The notes beneath the pieces were generated by a model. The model saw nothing but the letters and a program-made list of their open reading frames with translations, had not been told where the DNA came from and made no database searches. From NCBI GenBank assembly GCA_964525635.1, contig CAZGJX010000084.1, forward strand, positions 1-19,988: a stretch of DNA of 19,988 nucleotides. Direction: 5' to 3'. Source of the stretch: an uncultured archaeon. GTDB taxonomy: Archaea; Asgardarchaeota; Lokiarchaeia; Sigyniarchaeales; SOKP01. Made by a program: the position numbers and the translations under genes. How positions within the stretch are numbered: the stretch's first letter is position 1; the number at the start of each line of letters is the position of its first letter. Shown here piece after piece: positions 17,935-19,988 of the stretch.

Positions 17935-18714
17935 ATGGTATTTAATAAAAAAAAAATTCCATTAACAACTATAGTAGGTATTATAGGTATTCTCTTCTAT
18001 TGCATTTTAGTTTTTATTTCTGCCTTTTTATGTATTGGTTCATGGAACCCTATAGATAATTATCTTAGTGATTTTGGAAATTCAAGTTCTTCTTGGAATC
18101 CAAATGGAGCTATTTTTTTTGATCTTGCACTTATTATACTAGGAACTACATTAATTCTGTATTATATAAGTTTATATAAATGGTCAGGAGAATTAAAAAC
18201 AGAATACAATGAGAATATTTTAAACATAACTCAATTTATAGGTTTTCTTGTTGGAATCTTTTTGATTCTTTTTGGATTTTCTTATAATCTTAAATATACT
18301 TTCTATGGTTTTCCATTATTAATATTTTATAGTATAGGTTTATGTATGAGGGCAGAAAATCTAAAAAAAATATGGAATAAATCAGCTTTAATATTTACTC
18401 AAATTATAGGTTCTCTTTCCGGAATCTTTGTAATTACAGCGGGAATTTTTCCAACAGTAATTACAGAAGCACATGATTTGGCATCAGCACTATTTTTCAA
18501 TACTCATCTTTTTACATTTATCTTATTAGTGTTAACCATTCTTCCACACAAGAAATTTATTAAAATAATCGGTTTATATGGATGGATTGTCGCTTGTTTG
18601 ATTTTTTTGGATTTAGTATATCATAAACCAATATTTGAATGGATAAGTGTATTTAGTTCATTGAGTTTCATGGGATTGTTATCATATAATACTTATAAAG
18701 CATTTAGTGAATAA
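17935..18714 (+). CDS. DUF998-like membrane protein with an internal hairpin duplication
   Basis: WNPIDNYLSDFGN..NPNGAIFF, GIFP....HDLASALFF and IFEWI motifs; about 8 TM segments. Confidence 0.78.
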   Translation: MVFNKKKIPLTTIVGIIGILFYCILVFISAFLCIGSWNPIDNYLSDFGNSSSSWNPNGAIFFDLALIILGTTLILYYISLYKWSGELKTEYNENILNITQFIGFLVGIFLILFGFSYNLKYTFYGFPLLIFYSIGLCMRAENLKKIWNKSALIFTQIIGSLSGIFVITAGIFPTVITEAHDLASALFFNTHLFTFILLVLTILPHKKFIKIIGLYGWIVACLIFLDLVYHKPIFEWISVFSSLSFMGLLSYNTYKAFSE

Positions 18715-19165
18715 CTGAAAAGAATATAAAAAAATAAAAAACTTTTTTTTTTTTGAAAAATTAACATTTATTTTGTAACCTCACAAAAACCTAATAAATC
18801 ATAGATTTAATATCAAAATTTATAAGTTTATTTTTGGATTATTTATGATAAATTTTGGTTTATTTTTAAAAATTCACAATTATTGTGGTCTTGAAAAATG
18901 AAACGACAAATTAATTCTTAATAACTATATTTTTGTTGAATTTAAATAATTAATAGAATGATAATCTTTAAAAAGAAATGGTTTGATATCAAAGCAGAAA
19001 ATCTGCTAATATCAAAAAAATAATTTGATAATTATTATATAACAATTTATTATAGTATCTATCAATTTTTTTTTTTTAATTTCTAATTATAAATCTCATT
19101 TTAATTTAGTTTCTTGAACGACAAAATGAATAATGTTCAAGTTAGAAATTAATTAATTGGAGCTA

Positions 19166-19541
19166 TTATTTTTTATATTTCAATCTTTTGATTAGGTATT
19201 GCTCAATTAATGAAAAATCAATTGCTTCTAAATTCAATCCTTCTTTCAAATCGCAATTTAATTTTTTTTTAATTTGTAATAGAAGGTCTCTTAACTCCAA
19301 AAATGAATTTTCTTAATCTGTTTTTTTCTTCTTTATTGAGGAAGTCTATTTTATTTTTCTTATTTCTTAATAGTTTAAATGATAAGATATAATCTTTAAT
19401 AAAATCAATTAAATGATTGAGGAGAGTATTGTCACTTATTTCTCCGAACTTATATTTTCAAACTAATTCATTCTTTAACGAAGAGAGAATATTTTTACTT
19501 GAAATTATTCTCACTTCCTTGTTATTTTGTGTAATGCTCAA
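19166..19541 (-). pseudogene. Interrupted ORF (in-frame TGA, possible frameshift) downstream of the small charged protein
   Basis: From TTG 19541: MSITQNNKEVRIISSKNILSSLKNELV*(TGA 19460-19458)KYKFGEISDNTLLNHLIDFIKDYILSFKLL...PSITN* (19269). An overlapping frame at 19300-19166 gives LELRDLLLQIKKKLNCDLKEGLNLEAIDFSLIEQYLIKRLKYKK*. Confidence 0.4.
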
Positions 19542-19555
19542 ATATTACTACGAGA

Positions 19556-19726
19556 TTATTTATCATATAATTCTTCATGGAATTCGTTTTCATATTCGCC
19601 TTTTTCCTCATCTTCTTTTTTATTCCAGTCCTTATCATCTTCTTTTGTTTTCTTTTCTTCACGATTAGTATTCCTCTCATTCCATTCATCCGTTTTCATT
19701 TTTTTATTAATTTTATTTTTTTTCAT
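19556..19726 (-). CDS. Small highly charged, probably disordered protein (56 aa)
   Basis: MKKNKINKKMKTDEWNERNTNREEKKTKEDDKDWNKKEDEEKGEYENEFHEELYDK. AGGAG lies 8 nt upstream of the ATG at 19726, which is preferred over the 19768 start. Confidence 0.55.
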   Translation of the reverse strand: MKKNKINKKMKTDEWNERNTNREEKKTKEDDKDWNKKEDEEKGEYENEFHEELYDK

Positions 19727-19988
19727 AATTTTATCTCCTGAATATCTTTTTTCTAAAACACTATTCAAAACTCATTTAATATTCTTAAACATAATGATTA
19801 TGATTTATAGTATTTCTAAATATTAGTTATATTAATCTTAGGAGAAGAAGTCATTTTTGCTAAAAAATTTTCAGATAAGAAAGGTTATGAATTTCAAGTC
19901 TTTACCATTTAAATGCGAGAAAGTACACTCCTCTACAGTACCGAGTATTTTTTTTTTACATTTTTATCATAAATGATTTTTTTGAAAT

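Noticed and set aside
19113-19141. cttgaac/gttcaag inverted repeat as a SECIS for the UGA ORF
   Set aside because: Only a 7-bp stem, and it lacks the AUGA/GA kink-turn core on the minus strand.
19417-19826. Plus-strand ORFs 19417-19668 and 19527-19826
   Set aside because: Phe/Ser/Leu-rich mirror of the purine-rich minus-strand ORF, which has the RBS.

Overview
Very AT-rich archaeal window whose gene content points to an Asgard archaeon, most likely Lokiarchaeia/Promethearchaeia. This is inferred from a longin-domain protein, a gelsolin-like protein, a Loki-type 'HCSNLQAW' domain, a beta-propeller/Ig surface protein with a GY-TM-basic tail, and a group II chaperonin. Gene order: polytopic membrane sensor-like protein plus longin protein; thermosome; an uncalled 59-aa Cys-rich ORF; YdjM-like metal-dependent hydrolase; Lrp/AsnC regulator; bacterial-type GH9; flavodoxin; PD-(D/E)XK nuclease-DinG/XPD helicase; XRE-HTH/zinc-ribbon regulator with a DUF2178-like membrane partner and a palindromic operator; 927-aa surface glycoprotein; gelsolin fusion; DUF998-like protein; and a small charged protein followed by a UGA-interrupted ORF. 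The best candidates for something undescribed are the gelsolin fusion (16335-17546) and the membrane sensor-longin pair (274-1784). No rRNA, tRNA, CRISPR array or transposase was recognised. All family assignments come from motif recognition by eye, not from database searches.
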